Below, piece by piece: positions 1 through 10,010 of a DNA stretch of 64,000 nucleotides. The translations under genes were made by a program, and so were the position numbers. The stretch spans positions 32,001 through 96,000 of IMG/VR virus record IMGVR_UViG_3300037225_000932. One strand, 5' to 3'. The DNA comes from a virus. The notes beneath the pieces were generated by a model. That model was not told where the DNA came from. It made no database searches and saw only the letters and a list, made by a program, of their open reading frames with translations. Position 1 is the stretch's first letter. Each line of letters opens with the position of its first letter.

Positions 1-6
1 TTTGAT

Positions 7-411
7 ATGCTTGATGCTTTTGTTAAGGAAAAATTAAATAAAGAAGAAATAGATTTTTTATACAAAAAAGCAGAAAATACGTCGCTTGTAGTAGAGTGGG
101 AAATATTTAAATGTTTTGGTCCTCATCCCGAAGGAACACGCGGGAGAATAAAACAACCACAAACGTCTATATTTTTTTGTAATTCAGATTATATATTAAA
201 AGAAGCCTTAAAAACAAAAATAGATCATGATCAAATAGCATTATTATTTGCTTTACAAAAAAGCAAAGGATTATATCAAGAAAAAATAGACGAAAAGACT
301 ATTAGAGGATATAGTAGTGAAGGATTGTTTTATCCTGGCAGATTAAGGAATGGACCATTAAACAAAGAAAATAAATATAAACCTAAAATTTTTCACAAAT
401 ATAAAATATGA
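7..411 (+). CDS. Hypothetical protein, probably the 3' part of a glycosyltransferase-like gene truncated by the window edge
   Basis: ORF at window start, ATGA-coupled to the next gene; QTSIFF and HDQ motifs resemble the C-terminal part of the neighbouring GT-A protein. Confidence 0.4.
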   Translation: MLDAFVKEKLNKEEIDFLYKKAENTSLVVEWEIFKCFGPHPEGTRGRIKQPQTSIFFCNSDYILKEALKTKIDHDQIALLFALQKSKGLYQEKIDEKTIRGYSSEGLFYPGRLRNGPLNKENKYKPKIFHKYKI

Positions 412-1190
412 CAATAAATATAACATATACTGGTATAAAAAATAACAAAAATATTATTTCTATAGATAACAAAGATCTTATTTTTACCAGAAACAGAGCT
501 ATAATACGAATATTATGGGGAACATTTTTAAAAGAAAATGATTTTCAAAGAGAAAAATTTCATAAAGAAGTTTTAGTATCATTGAAAAGCGAATGGAATA
601 GAAAAAATATTATATGTTTTGCTGTCGGTGATTATATGTATAAATATTTATTGGATAAAGGAGCAGAACAAGTAATAAAAATTGATGAATCAATAATGTA
701 TCATAATCATCATCATTTATACGCTAAACCACTGATAATACGAGAGGCTTTTAATATATATAAAGAAATATTGTTTTTAGATTGGGATATTTTAACATTA
801 AAAGAAATAGATGAAAATTTATGGAATATTATATATGGTAAAAAAGGAAATATAAATGGGATATTTCAATGTCCTATGGTGACATATAGATTTGGACACT
901 TAAAATATAGAAATAAAGAACCAAAAAACGAAATGTTAAATACTTGTTGTGTATACTGTTCAAATAAAGAGTTTATAGATGGATGGATAGATGGTTTTAA
1001 ATATATTAATTATGGAGTTGATGAAACTCCTCTAATGTATTATGTTGATAAAACTTTTGGGAAAGATATGTATATGACAAGAAATGAAATTGAAGAAACT
1101 TTTGATATAAAAATTATTAAAATGAGAAGAAAAGTTGATATATCAGATGTAAATAAAAAAGAAGAAAACATTTATTTTTGGCATAGATAA
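408..1190 (+). CDS. GT-A fold nucleotide-sugar transferase-like protein
   Basis: ILFLDWD (DxD motif), preceded by AKP and followed by N-x-C and DE motifs. Confidence 0.6.
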   Translation: MTINITYTGIKNNKNIISIDNKDLIFTRNRAIIRILWGTFLKENDFQREKFHKEVLVSLKSEWNRKNIICFAVGDYMYKYLLDKGAEQVIKIDESIMYHNHHHLYAKPLIIREAFNIYKEILFLDWDILTLKEIDENLWNIIYGKKGNINGIFQCPMVTYRFGHLKYRNKEPKNEMLNTCCVYCSNKEFIDGWIDGFKYINYGVDETPLMYYVDKTFGKDMYMTRNEIEETFDIKIIKMRRKVDISDVNKKEENIYFWHR

Positions 1191-1198
1191 TTATAAAA

Positions 1199-1867
1199 AT
1201 GAGACCTGTTTTACAATACAAAAATGATTTAATTTATGGATTTATTCACATAATGGCTGTTAATGATTATCAAGATATCGTTAATTCATTCGTTAAAGAT
1301 ATAATGAACTCAGGTCTTTATGATAAATGTAAAGAAATACAGTTAGGAGTATTAGGAGAATTTGATGAAAATTATTTTTCTAGTTTACCTGAAAAATTTA
1401 AAGTTAAATATAAATCTAATAATGTTTTAGAATATGAATTTCCTACATTAAACTTATTATATCAAAAATGTTTATTAGAAGATTGTAAAGTATTTTATAT
1501 TCACACAAAAGGAGTATCTGTAGAAGAGAAAGGATATAGAGAAAGGTGTAATCTATGGAGAGAGTATATGAAATATTTTATTATAGAAAAATACATATAT
1601 TGTGTAAAATACTTAGAAGAGTATGATGCTGTTGGATGTGAATTAGAATGTTGGCCTACTAATTGTCACTTTGCTGGTAATTTTTGGTGGTCAAAATCTG
1701 AGCATATTAAAAAATTATCACCAATATCTTCTTTAAGAAAACATAATAGAATAAGAGCAGAAAGGTGGTTGTTAAGGAGAAATAGAAATAAAAAAGTTAA
1801 ATGTCTTTTTTCTACAAACCGAGCTATAAGAGATTTTCCACCAGAAGAAAATGAATATAAAAAATGA
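1199..1867 (+). CDS. Putative glycosyltransferase-like protein, paralog 1 of 3
   Basis: YEFPTL, FYIHTKG and HFAGNFWW motifs; near-identical 5' half to 1864 and 5152. Confidence 0.55.
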   Translation: MRPVLQYKNDLIYGFIHIMAVNDYQDIVNSFVKDIMNSGLYDKCKEIQLGVLGEFDENYFSSLPEKFKVKYKSNNVLEYEFPTLNLLYQKCLLEDCKVFYIHTKGVSVEEKGYRERCNLWREYMKYFIIEKYIYCVKYLEEYDAVGCELECWPTNCHFAGNFWWSKSEHIKKLSPISSLRKHNRIRAERWLLRRNRNKKVKCLFSTNRAIRDFPPEENEYKK

Positions 1868-2538
1868 GACCTGTTTTACAATACAAAAAAGATTGCTCTA
1901 TTTATGGATTTATTCACATAATGGCTGTTAATGATTATCAAGATATCGTTAATTCATTCGTTAAAGATATAATGAACTCAGGTCTTTATGATAAATGTAA
2001 AGAAATACAACTTGGAGTATTAGGAGAATTTGATGAAACTTATTTTTCTAAATTACCTAAAAAATTTAAAGTAAAATATAAATCATCAAATGTATTAGAA
2101 TATGAATTTCCTACATTAAACTTATTATATCAAAAGTGTTTATTAGAAGATTGTAAAGTGTTTTATATTCATACAAAAGGAGTATCTGTAAAAGATAAAA
2201 GATATAGAGAAAGGTGTAATGGTTGGAGAAAATATATGGAGTATTTTATAGTCGGAAAACACAAAGATTGTATAAAGTATTTAGAAGAGTATGATGCTGT
2301 TGGATGTGAGCATATTACATTTAGAGTATTTGTTATTTTTTCTGGTAATTTTTGGTGGGCTAAATCTGATTATATAAAAAAATTAAGACCAATATATTCT
2401 TTAAATATAAAAGGAAGAGGAGAAGCAGAGTCTTGGTTACTAAACAATAATATAGACAAAAAAGTAAAAGAGATATATAAACTAAAAAGAAAGGCAGCAA
2501 AGGCTACACCTAATGAAAATGAATATAAAAATAAATGA
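1864..2538 (+). CDS. Putative glycosyltransferase-like protein, paralog 2 of 3
   Basis: Same FYIHTKG and GNFWW motifs. Confidence 0.55.
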   Translation: MRPVLQYKKDCSIYGFIHIMAVNDYQDIVNSFVKDIMNSGLYDKCKEIQLGVLGEFDETYFSKLPKKFKVKYKSSNVLEYEFPTLNLLYQKCLLEDCKVFYIHTKGVSVKDKRYRERCNGWRKYMEYFIVGKHKDCIKYLEEYDAVGCEHITFRVFVIFSGNFWWAKSDYIKKLRPIYSLNIKGRGEAESWLLNNNIDKKVKEIYKLKRKAAKATPNENEYKNK

Positions 2539-3422
2539 AAAATCTAAAATTAAAGATAGAATATAAAGAAAAATATAAGTTAACTAATAATACCATAATA
2601 ATATCTGGAGATAATTTTGGAGATTTTTTCTTATCTTATTTAATATATTTAATATTAAAAAAATATATTATAAACATTTATTTTAATATTAACAATTTTA
2701 ATATTAACAATTTTCACGCAGAAAATTTAATAAATCACAAAGAAGATGAGCATATTTTTTTAGGAGACATATCAGACAAAATATTTTTTAATATAATTAA
2801 ATTTAAATATAATAATGAACAAGGTAATAAAAACAATATTTTAGAAATGTTTTTTAATGAATTTTTCCAACAATTTAATATACCTAATGATATTTGTGAT
2901 AAAATAAGGCAAGAGATCAAAACCACAAAATACAAGATACCAGTTAAATATTATGATATACTAAGTATACCAAGTGTAGATGTTTCAATTGTATCAAAGG
3001 GAGGATTGTGGTCTGGATACAAGAACTGGCCATATTTTAAAGAGTTAAAAGATAAACTAAATGAAAATAAAATAACTTATATAGATTTAAGTGAAAAAAA
3101 TATAAAGAATATAGAATGTTTAAATTATATTAAAAAGAGTAAATTATATTTAGGATTAGATACAGGAGTTAGTCATTACGCTTCTTCTGTTGCTTCAGGT
3201 AAAGCTTTAATACTACAAAGTGGTTATAGTTATTTTGATTTTTGGTGCTTTTATGATTATGATTATATAAATGTAAACATTGAGTGTCAAAAATGCTTCT
3301 TAAACTATTACACTATAACAAAAAAACATAAATACATGAACTGTAAAAATGACCATAAATGTATGAAAAATATTAGTGTAGATATGGTATATAATAAAAT
3401 TGTAGAAAAATTAAAAAAATGA
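2535..3422 (+). CDS. GT9 (heptosyltransferase-like) glycosyltransferase, paralog 1 of 2
   Basis: KNWPYF, LYLGLDTGVSHYA and a C-terminal CxxC...C...HKCM motif. Confidence 0.7.
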   Translation: MKNLKLKIEYKEKYKLTNNTIIISGDNFGDFFLSYLIYLILKKYIINIYFNINNFNINNFHAENLINHKEDEHIFLGDISDKIFFNIIKFKYNNEQGNKNNILEMFFNEFFQQFNIPNDICDKIRQEIKTTKYKIPVKYYDILSIPSVDVSIVSKGGLWSGYKNWPYFKELKDKLNENKITYIDLSEKNIKNIECLNYIKKSKLYLGLDTGVSHYASSVASGKALILQSGYSYFDFWCFYDYDYINVNIECQKCFLNYYTITKKHKYMNCKNDHKCMKNISVDMVYNKIVEKLKK

Positions 3423-4243
3423 GACCAATCTTGAAATATAAAGATTATTCTATAATAACTCAAAAATGTTTTGAAATAGAAATGTCTTCTGGTTGTACTA
3501 GGAAGTGTCTTTTTTGTTATCCAGGAGTAAACAAAGAAAGACGAAACAATCCTGTTTATTTAGATGAAAATAGATATGAAGAAGTAATTAATGAAATATA
3601 TACTTTTCCAGAAAATGAAAAAAGATGGATAGAATATGCTGGTCACGGAGAGCCTTTATCTCATCCTCAAATAAAAGAAATGTTATTATATACTCGTAAA
3701 ACATTACCTAAAATCAATCTTTTTATCATAACAAATGGAGATTTATTAACTGAAGAGTTATGCTTTTTATTTAAAGAAATACATGTAGAACAAATATTAT
3801 TAGATTATTATGGAAAATTAAACAATATAGATCCTAAAGAAAAAATTCTTAATATGATTAAAAAATCTGGTTTTAATTTAAGAAATTTTTATTTTATGGA
3901 TCATACTAAAAGAAAGTCTTCAAAATATAGAAGTAGATGTTCTAATTTGTTTATTCCAAAAGACCTTGAAAAATATAGAAATATAAAATGTTATAGACCT
4001 TATGATTTTCTTTTTTTATCTGCTGAAGGAGAATGGGTTTTGTGTGGTGAAGATCTTAAACACGAAAAAAAGTGGAGTAAAAATTTATCTATTTATGAGT
4101 TAAATCTAAATGAAGAGTTTTGTAAAATTAAAAATGAGTTAATTCTTGGAAATAGAGATATTTGTAGTATGTGCTTAAAATGTGATAATTGTGAAAAATC
4201 ATTACAGGAATCCAAGTGGCTCACTCCTAAAAAAGAAAAATGA
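3419..4243 (+). CDS. Radical SAM protein with SPASM/twitch-like C-terminus
   Basis: CTRKCLFC (CxxxCxxC), GHGEPL, ITNG, C-terminal CxxP...C...CxxC. Confidence 0.85.
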   Translation: MRPILKYKDYSIITQKCFEIEMSSGCTRKCLFCYPGVNKERRNNPVYLDENRYEEVINEIYTFPENEKRWIEYAGHGEPLSHPQIKEMLLYTRKTLPKINLFIITNGDLLTEELCFLFKEIHVEQILLDYYGKLNNIDPKEKILNMIKKSGFNLRNFYFMDHTKRKSSKYRSRCSNLFIPKDLEKYRNIKCYRPYDFLFLSAEGEWVLCGEDLKHEKKWSKNLSIYELNLNEEFCKIKNELILGNRDICSMCLKCDNCEKSLQESKWLTPKKEK

Positions 4244-4246
4244 AAA

Positions 4247-5155
4247 ATGAAAAATCCACAATTAAAAATAAAATATAATACTAATACTAAAATAGAATCG
4301 GTGGTTAAAGAAGAAAATAAATATACCTTATCAGTTAATCCTATATTAAACCATAAATTTTCAGGTTTTGGAGATAAATTAATGACATATTTATTTTATC
4401 TTGTTTTAAAGAGATATATTTCTAATATATTTATTGATATAAACGAAAACAATATGATGTCTTTTATAGAATATGATAAAAATGATAAACATATTATTTT
4501 AGAAAATAAAATAGATAAAACATTTTTTATAGAATATGATAACTATTATGCTGGTAGGGGAAATAATTATTATATAAAAACAAATAGTATATTAAATAGT
4601 ATATTAGAGATAATGTTAATTAAATTTTCTAAACAATTTAATGTGCCTAATAATATTTGTGATAAAATAAAACAAGAAATTAAGAATACAAAGTATAGAA
4701 TACCAGTTAAATATTATGATATACCAAATATACCAAGTGTAGATATTTCAATTGTTTCAAAAACAGGAAGATTTACACCTTATAGAAACTGGCCTTACTT
4801 TAAAGAATTAAAAGAAAAATTAAATAAAGAAAAAATAACTTATATAGATTTAATTGAAAAAAATATTAAAAATGTAGAATGTTTAAATTATATTAAAAAG
4901 AGTAAATTATATTTAGGATTAGATACAGGAGTTAGTCATTATGCTTCTTCTGTGGCTTCTGGTAAAACACTAATCATACAGAGTGGATATAATTATTTTG
5001 ATTTTTGGTGCTTTTATGATTATGATTATATAAATGTAAACATTGAGTGTCAAAAGTGTTTTAAAAGATATGGATGTCCTTATGATCATAAATGTATGAA
5101 AGATATCAGTGTAAATATGGTATATAATAAAATTATAGAAAAATTAAATAAATGA
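4247..5155 (+). CDS. GT9 glycosyltransferase, paralog 2 of 2
   Basis: GFGD, RNWPYF and GLDTGVSHYA; C-terminal half near-identical to 2535. Confidence 0.7.
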   Translation: MKNPQLKIKYNTNTKIESVVKEENKYTLSVNPILNHKFSGFGDKLMTYLFYLVLKRYISNIFIDINENNMMSFIEYDKNDKHIILENKIDKTFFIEYDNYYAGRGNNYYIKTNSILNSILEIMLIKFSKQFNVPNNICDKIKQEIKNTKYRIPVKYYDIPNIPSVDISIVSKTGRFTPYRNWPYFKELKEKLNKEKITYIDLIEKNIKNVECLNYIKKSKLYLGLDTGVSHYASSVASGKTLIIQSGYNYFDFWCFYDYDYINVNIECQKCFKRYGCPYDHKCMKDISVNMVYNKIIEKLNK

Positions 5156-5835
5156 GACCTGTTTTAAAATACAAAACTGATTTAATTTATGGATTTATTC
5201 ACATAATGGCTGTTAATGATTATCAAGATATCGTTAATTTATTCGTTAAAGATATAATGAACTCAGGTCTTTATGATAAATGTAAAGAAATACAACTTGG
5301 AGTATTAGGAGAATTTGATGAAACTTATTTTTCTAAATTACCTAAAAAATTTAAAGTAAAATATAAATCATCAAATGTATTAGAATATGAATTTCCTACA
5401 TTAAACTTATTATATCAAAAATGTTTATTAGAAGATTGTAAAGTATTTTATATTCACACAAAAGGAGTATCAAAAGTAAATATTAGAGAAAAAATAAACT
5501 GCGATATGTGGAGAAGATATATGGAGTATTTTATAGTAGAAAAGCATAAAGATTGTATAGAATATTTAAAAGAATATAATGCTGTAGGATGTCAGGTTTC
5601 AACTGATAAGATGCCATTTTGTAGAAATTGGTGTTTTGTTGGTAATTTTTGGTGGTCTAAATCTGAATATATTAAAAAATTATCACCAATATCTTCTTTA
5701 AGAAAACATAATAGAATGAAAGCAGAAAAGTGGGTTTTAAGTTATAAGGATAAAAAGGTAAAATCTCTCTTTGAGGTAAATAGAAGACTTATAGACTTTC
5801 CACCAGAAGAAAATGAATATAAAAATCAAGTATAA
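5152..5835 (+). CDS. Putative glycosyltransferase-like protein, paralog 3 of 3
   Basis: Same motifs as 1199 and 1864. Confidence 0.55.
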   Translation: MRPVLKYKTDLIYGFIHIMAVNDYQDIVNLFVKDIMNSGLYDKCKEIQLGVLGEFDETYFSKLPKKFKVKYKSSNVLEYEFPTLNLLYQKCLLEDCKVFYIHTKGVSKVNIREKINCDMWRRYMEYFIVEKHKDCIEYLKEYNAVGCQVSTDKMPFCRNWCFVGNFWWSKSEYIKKLSPISSLRKHNRMKAEKWVLSYKDKKVKSLFEVNRRLIDFPPEENEYKNQV

Positions 5836-5837
5836 CA

Positions 5838-6644
5838 TTAATACTTGTCTATATCAAACATTTTGTTATCTTCTTTTGATATATTTATATTGTTAATGTG
5901 TAAAAACTTTTTAAATTTTAAAAAACTATTAGACTCAAAAATATAATTATCTTCATTATGAAACTTAAGAGTATTATTTGTAAATAAACTTAATCTTTTT
6001 TTATTACATAAAAAATTTAATTTAGCCTCTAATCTCGTGTTAAAGTTACAAGTGCATTTGTCCCAAGAGTTTAATTTTCCAAAAGTATTGATAAATTTTT
6101 TATCAAAAGAAGTTCTTGTAATAGTCCTTGAAGAGCAGGGAAAGTTTTTCTCATAATAAGATGGAGTAGTATCTTTGTTATAATAAGAAGCTATTTCATA
6201 TTCTCCTAAAATATTGTTTATATTTTTAATATTTTCATCATATAACAGAGTATCATCTTCTAGCCATATATGAAAATCATATTTTTTAATGGCTAAATTT
6301 GAAGCTAATAGATAAGATGGTATACTTGGATAATTATAGTAAATATTATTGTGTTGTATTATTTTTGCTTCTTTATACATTTTTCTATCAGTCCATTTTT
6401 TTACTAAATCTATTTTGTTGTTATTTAATTTTGAAGATAATAAAAATGAATTATTTTTTAATTTAGAAATATGTTGTATTATACACAGATCTAATATTCC
6501 ATTTCTTTTTGCGTTTAATTTTGGATATAAATATTTACAAAAAATATAAGGAAAATATACTCTTTTATTTTGAAGTATAGTTATTAAGGTTTTTTGTTGA
6601 ATACTATCAGGTGTTGTATTTTTTTTGTATGATATATTTATCAT
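5838..6644 (-). CDS. GT-A-like hypothetical protein
   Basis: YDFHIWLEDD motif; located in the glycan cluster. Confidence 0.45.
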   Translation of the reverse strand: MINISYKKNTTPDSIQQKTLITILQNKRVYFPYIFCKYLYPKLNAKRNGILDLCIIQHISKLKNNSFLLSSKLNNNKIDLVKKWTDRKMYKEAKIIQHNNIYYNYPSIPSYLLASNLAIKKYDFHIWLEDDTLLYDENIKNINNILGEYEIASYYNKDTTPSYYEKNFPCSSRTITRTSFDKKFINTFGKLNSWDKCTCNFNTRLEAKLNFLCNKKRLSLFTNNTLKFHNEDNYIFESNSFLKFKKFLHINNINISKEDNKMFDIDKY

Positions 6645-7020
6645 GACTATTTACACTATCGGGTATCTTAACACTACTAGATTAAATCTTAAACATAAAA
6701 TACAAGAATTAAACTTAGTTTTAGTAGATATTAGACTTAATCCATACTCTCATTTTCCATTTTGGAACAAAAATGATTTAGAAGATTTTTTTAAAGAAGA
6801 TTATTTACATATTAAAGATTTAGGTAATGAAAATTATAAAGGAAGAGAAATAAAAATCCCAAATATAGATAATGGTATAAAGGCAATAAAAGAAATATAT
6901 AATAGAAATAAAAGTTGTATATTAATGTGTGTTTGTTCTAAATATAATCTATGTCATAGAAAAATAATAGCAGAAAAAGTAAAAGAGATTTTATGTTGCG
7001 AAATAGAAGAGATAGAATAG
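6643..7020 (+). CDS. DUF488 family protein
   Basis: MTIYTIGY, LVDIRLNPYS, LGN and LMC...CHR motifs; ATG 6643 is the likely start rather than TTG 6625. Confidence 0.8.
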   Translation: MTIYTIGYLNTTRLNLKHKIQELNLVLVDIRLNPYSHFPFWNKNDLEDFFKEDYLHIKDLGNENYKGREIKIPNIDNGIKAIKEIYNRNKSCILMCVCSKYNLCHRKIIAEKVKEILCCEIEEIE

Positions 7021-7034
7021 CATAGGATAACGTC

Positions 7035-8015
7035 TTGATATCTCACAGAAATATAAAAATAACATATGATATATCAAAAACAAAAAATATTTCTATAGTA
7101 TCACATTCTGTTGAAAAGAAATATAATATATCTATTTCTACTAATAATAATTTTGGAGCAAAAAATACTTTTCTTAAACACTTTATTAAAAGTGGAATAT
7201 TCTCTAAAATTTCTTATAATTATTTTTCCCCGATTGGGAAAAGTAAACAGATATTTTTTATTTCTATAAATGAAATAAATTGTTTAATAAATCACGGTGA
7301 TAACACTTGGATTAATAATAATATATTTAATGAATGTGATAAAATAAATAAGCATATAGATTTTTATTTTGTTTTACAGTATTCACATAATAGAAAAGAA
7401 GAATATAATGAATTAGGTAAAAAATACTCTATGTTTGTTTTGCCTTTAATTTATCCGCCATCTCCTAATTTTAAAGAAAACACTTTTTTATGGAAAAATA
7501 AAGAGTTTAAGTATTTAGCTAATATGGCTTTTGGAACAAGAATTAGAAAGCATAGGAGACCTTGGATAAAAAGAACTTTAAATGATAATAGATTTTTTAG
7601 ACAAAAAACTTTTGGTGATGATTATATAAATATACTTAAGGACACTAAGTGGGGATTATCACTTAAGGGAGCAGGTTATTCTTTTGATGGTAAGTGTTAT
7701 AGAGAAGCTGAATATATGTCTTTTGGTATGCCATTAGCTTTAAATTACAAACCGTGTTATCCTTTTCCTTTTTATCCAGGAGAACATTATTTATATTTAA
7801 ATAATCCAATACAATTAGCGGTGTTAGATAGTATTGATCCAACAAATTACGCTAAAAAATCAAGAGAAACTTGGGAAAATTATTTTAGCCCTAAAGGTAT
7901 GACTAATTTATTATTAGAAATTATATTTAATAAAAAATATAGAGATAATATACCTAAATTTTGGAAACACTTTGAAGAAAAATCTCAAGATAACATATGT
8001 AAAACAAATATATAA
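7035..8015 (+). CDS. GT-B-like glycosyltransferase
   Basis: C-terminal WGLSLKGAG...KCYREAEYMSFG...PGEHY typical of GT-B donor-binding domains. Confidence 0.55.
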   Translation: MISHRNIKITYDISKTKNISIVSHSVEKKYNISISTNNNFGAKNTFLKHFIKSGIFSKISYNYFSPIGKSKQIFFISINEINCLINHGDNTWINNNIFNECDKINKHIDFYFVLQYSHNRKEEYNELGKKYSMFVLPLIYPPSPNFKENTFLWKNKEFKYLANMAFGTRIRKHRRPWIKRTLNDNRFFRQKTFGDDYINILKDTKWGLSLKGAGYSFDGKCYREAEYMSFGMPLALNYKPCYPFPFYPGEHYLYLNNPIQLAVLDSIDPTNYAKKSRETWENYFSPKGMTNLLLEIIFNKKYRDNIPKFWKHFEEKSQDNICKTNI

Positions 8016-8127
8016 TATTGAATTGTTAATACGTATATTTATAATAGTGGTGTTAAAATAGTTTATACATAATATTAAACAAAGAGCCAATCTTTAGATG
8101 TTAAAAACTTTTAATAAGGAGAAAATA

Positions 8128-8520
8128 ATGAAAAAAGTTTTAATTATGTTAGTTGTGTCGATGTTTTTGTTTGGTAGTTATGTTTTTGCTCAAGTTGTAG
8201 CTCCGGCTCCTGTCGTTCCCCCAGTTCCTGTTCCGGTCGGTCCAGTGGGTCCACGGGCAGCTATGGTATTTCCTGAGACAACAAGAACAATTATGCTTTT
8301 GTCAAGAGTAAATCTTACTGATGAACAAAAAGCAAAAGCAAAAGAGATTTTAGACAAAGCTGTTGCTGAAGTAGTAGAAAAAGTTCTGACTGCCGAGCAA
8401 AGAGATCAACTTAAAGCCGCACAAGCAGAGCGTGGACCGGGTAGAGGACCAGGTGGAGCAGGTGGCCCAGGAGGCCCAGGAGGCCCAGTCGGTGGGCCAC
8501 GCAGGCCGGCTGCACAATAA
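8128..8520 (+). CDS. Secreted Spy/CpxP-like (LTxxQ) protein with a Gly/Pro-rich tail
   Basis: AAGGAG RBS before ATG 8128; signal peptide MKKVLIML...VFA; LTDEQ and LTAEQ motifs. Confidence 0.6.
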   Translation: MKKVLIMLVVSMFLFGSYVFAQVVAPAPVVPPVPVPVGPVGPRAAMVFPETTRTIMLLSRVNLTDEQKAKAKEILDKAVAEVVEKVLTAEQRDQLKAAQAERGPGRGPGGAGGPGGPGGPVGGPRRPAAQ

Positions 8521-8577
8521 TACGGGTAATGGTTTTTTAACTCTATTTTTAAATAGAGAAAAACACTATATAGAAAT

Positions 8578-8608
8578 AAAAGAAAAGAGTGCAAATCTCT
8601 TTTCTTTT
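8578..8608 (+). terminator. Hairpin at the left end of the TnpB element, or intrinsic terminator
   Basis: aaaagaaaagag-tgcaaat-ctcttttctttt, perfect 12-bp stem. Confidence 0.6.
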
Positions 8609-8678
8609 TAGTTTAAAAAATGCCTCTTAATTCTATAAAAAAGAAGGATTATTTTCTATACTATAGTATTTATACATT

Positions 8679-9968
8679 ATGGATCAAAAGATTTTAACAA
8701 AACGTGAAACACAACTACGACATTCTATTCAAGACTGTAAGGTTTTTGAAGTTAAAATCGTTAAATCTAAACTATCTAAAACATCACTAAATAATATGAA
8801 CACGTTATTCAAAGAAGCAAAATACTTTTATAACTTTTGTTTGTCTCACGATAATCTTGATTTAATAGATACTAAGGTAAAGTCAGTTCCAGTTAAAGTT
8901 CTTGATAAGTTTGAAGATAGAAAATTATCTATTTTGCCAGGACAATCAAAACAATCTATAAAATCAAAAATGTTTTCAAACATAAAAGCACTTAGTTCAC
9001 TAAAGAAAAAAGGGAAAAAAGTAGGCAAACTAAAGTTTAAGAGTTTTTTACATTCTATTCCATTAGTTCAACACGGAATGACTTATAAAATAGATTTTAA
9101 TACTTCAAGAGTAAAAATACAAAATATCAAACAAAAACTTAAAGTGTCAGGTTTATCTCAAATACCTAAAAATATAGAGTTAGCAAATGCTTCTTTAATA
9201 AAAAGGTGTAGTGATTTTTATCTTCATATAACTACTTTCTCAAATAAAATAGAAAAATTTATTACAGAAACTTCAGTTGGAATAGATTTTGGTTGTTCTA
9301 CTCAACTTACTCTTTCTAACGGAATAAAAATAGAATATCAAGTTCCCATCTCTAAAAGACTTAAACGATTAGATAGAAAAATAACGAAGAAAAATCGTAA
9401 AAAATCAAATAATAAGTTTAAAGATCAAATAAAAAGAGAAAAAGAATATAATAAATTAAATAACAAAAAAAAAGACATAAGAAACAAAATAGTTCACGTT
9501 TTGACAAATAACTTTAAGTATATTTGTTTTCAAGATGAAAACTTAAAAGAGTGGCAATCAGGAAATCATGGAAAGAAAATCCAGAATGCCAATCTTGGTG
9601 GAATTATCAGAGATCTAAAAAATAAATCTCATACACCAATCGAAGTAAATAAGTTCTTTCCTTCTACTCAATTATGTCCTAAATGTGGTTGTAAAAATAA
9701 ATTAGAACTAAAAGATCGAATTTATAAGTGTAAATGTGGATATAAAAAAGATCGTGATATACACGCTGCTAAAAACATAGAGCTAGAAGGAATGAAAGAT
9801 AAGAAAATACCTGTGAGTAATAAGATTACGAACAAGTATAAAATACCTGTGGAACGCAGGGAATTAAAGACTGAGGAGAGAAATACCTCTACTACTCATA
9901 TTTTTGATCTCTTAAAAAAGATTAATGGTGTGAGAGCAAGTAATCTCGTTGAGTCAGTAAGCCAATAA
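8679..9968 (+). CDS. tnpB: TnpB RNA-guided endonuclease
   Basis: RuvC-I VGIDFG, RuvC-II variant FQDENL, Zn ribbon CPKC...CKC, RuvC-III DRDIHAAKNI. Confidence 0.9.
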   Translation: MDQKILTKRETQLRHSIQDCKVFEVKIVKSKLSKTSLNNMNTLFKEAKYFYNFCLSHDNLDLIDTKVKSVPVKVLDKFEDRKLSILPGQSKQSIKSKMFSNIKALSSLKKKGKKVGKLKFKSFLHSIPLVQHGMTYKIDFNTSRVKIQNIKQKLKVSGLSQIPKNIELANASLIKRCSDFYLHITTFSNKIEKFITETSVGIDFGCSTQLTLSNGIKIEYQVPISKRLKRLDRKITKKNRKKSNNKFKDQIKREKEYNKLNNKKKDIRNKIVHVLTNNFKYICFQDENLKEWQSGNHGKKIQNANLGGIIRDLKNKSHTPIEVNKFFPSTQLCPKCGCKNKLELKDRIYKCKCGYKKDRDIHAAKNIELEGMKDKKIPVSNKITNKYKIPVERRELKTEERNTSTTHIFDLLKKINGVRASNLVESVSQ

Positions 9969-10010
9969 GATTTATTTTATTGGTAGTTCATAGAAATGTG
10001 TAGTGTTTTT
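9842..10010 (+). ncRNA. Putative TnpB omegaRNA overlapping the tnpB 3' end; guide about 9991-10010
   Basis: atacctgtggaacgcaggg hairpin, 3' hairpin and TTCA end; established TnpB architecture; boundaries approximate. Confidence 0.55.

Larger units (their letters stand above)
8571..9990 (+). mobile_element. Non-autonomous IS200/IS605-like element (tnpB only)
   Basis: tnpB, subterminal hairpin ccaataaga-ttta-ttttattgg, TAGTTCA end at 9990; no tnpA; left boundary inferred from the split flanking hairpin. Confidence 0.65.

Noticed and set aside
4209-4224. Possible self-target of the orphan omegaRNA guide (GTGAGCCACT match on the minus strand of the radical SAM gene)
   Set aside because: Only 10 contiguous nt, first guide base mismatched, a bulge is needed and the TAM is unknown; cannot be distinguished from chance
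1199-5835. Diversity-generating retroelement TR/VR pair
   Set aside because: No reverse transcriptase in the window; differences include indels and do not look adenine-specific; all copies are full genes
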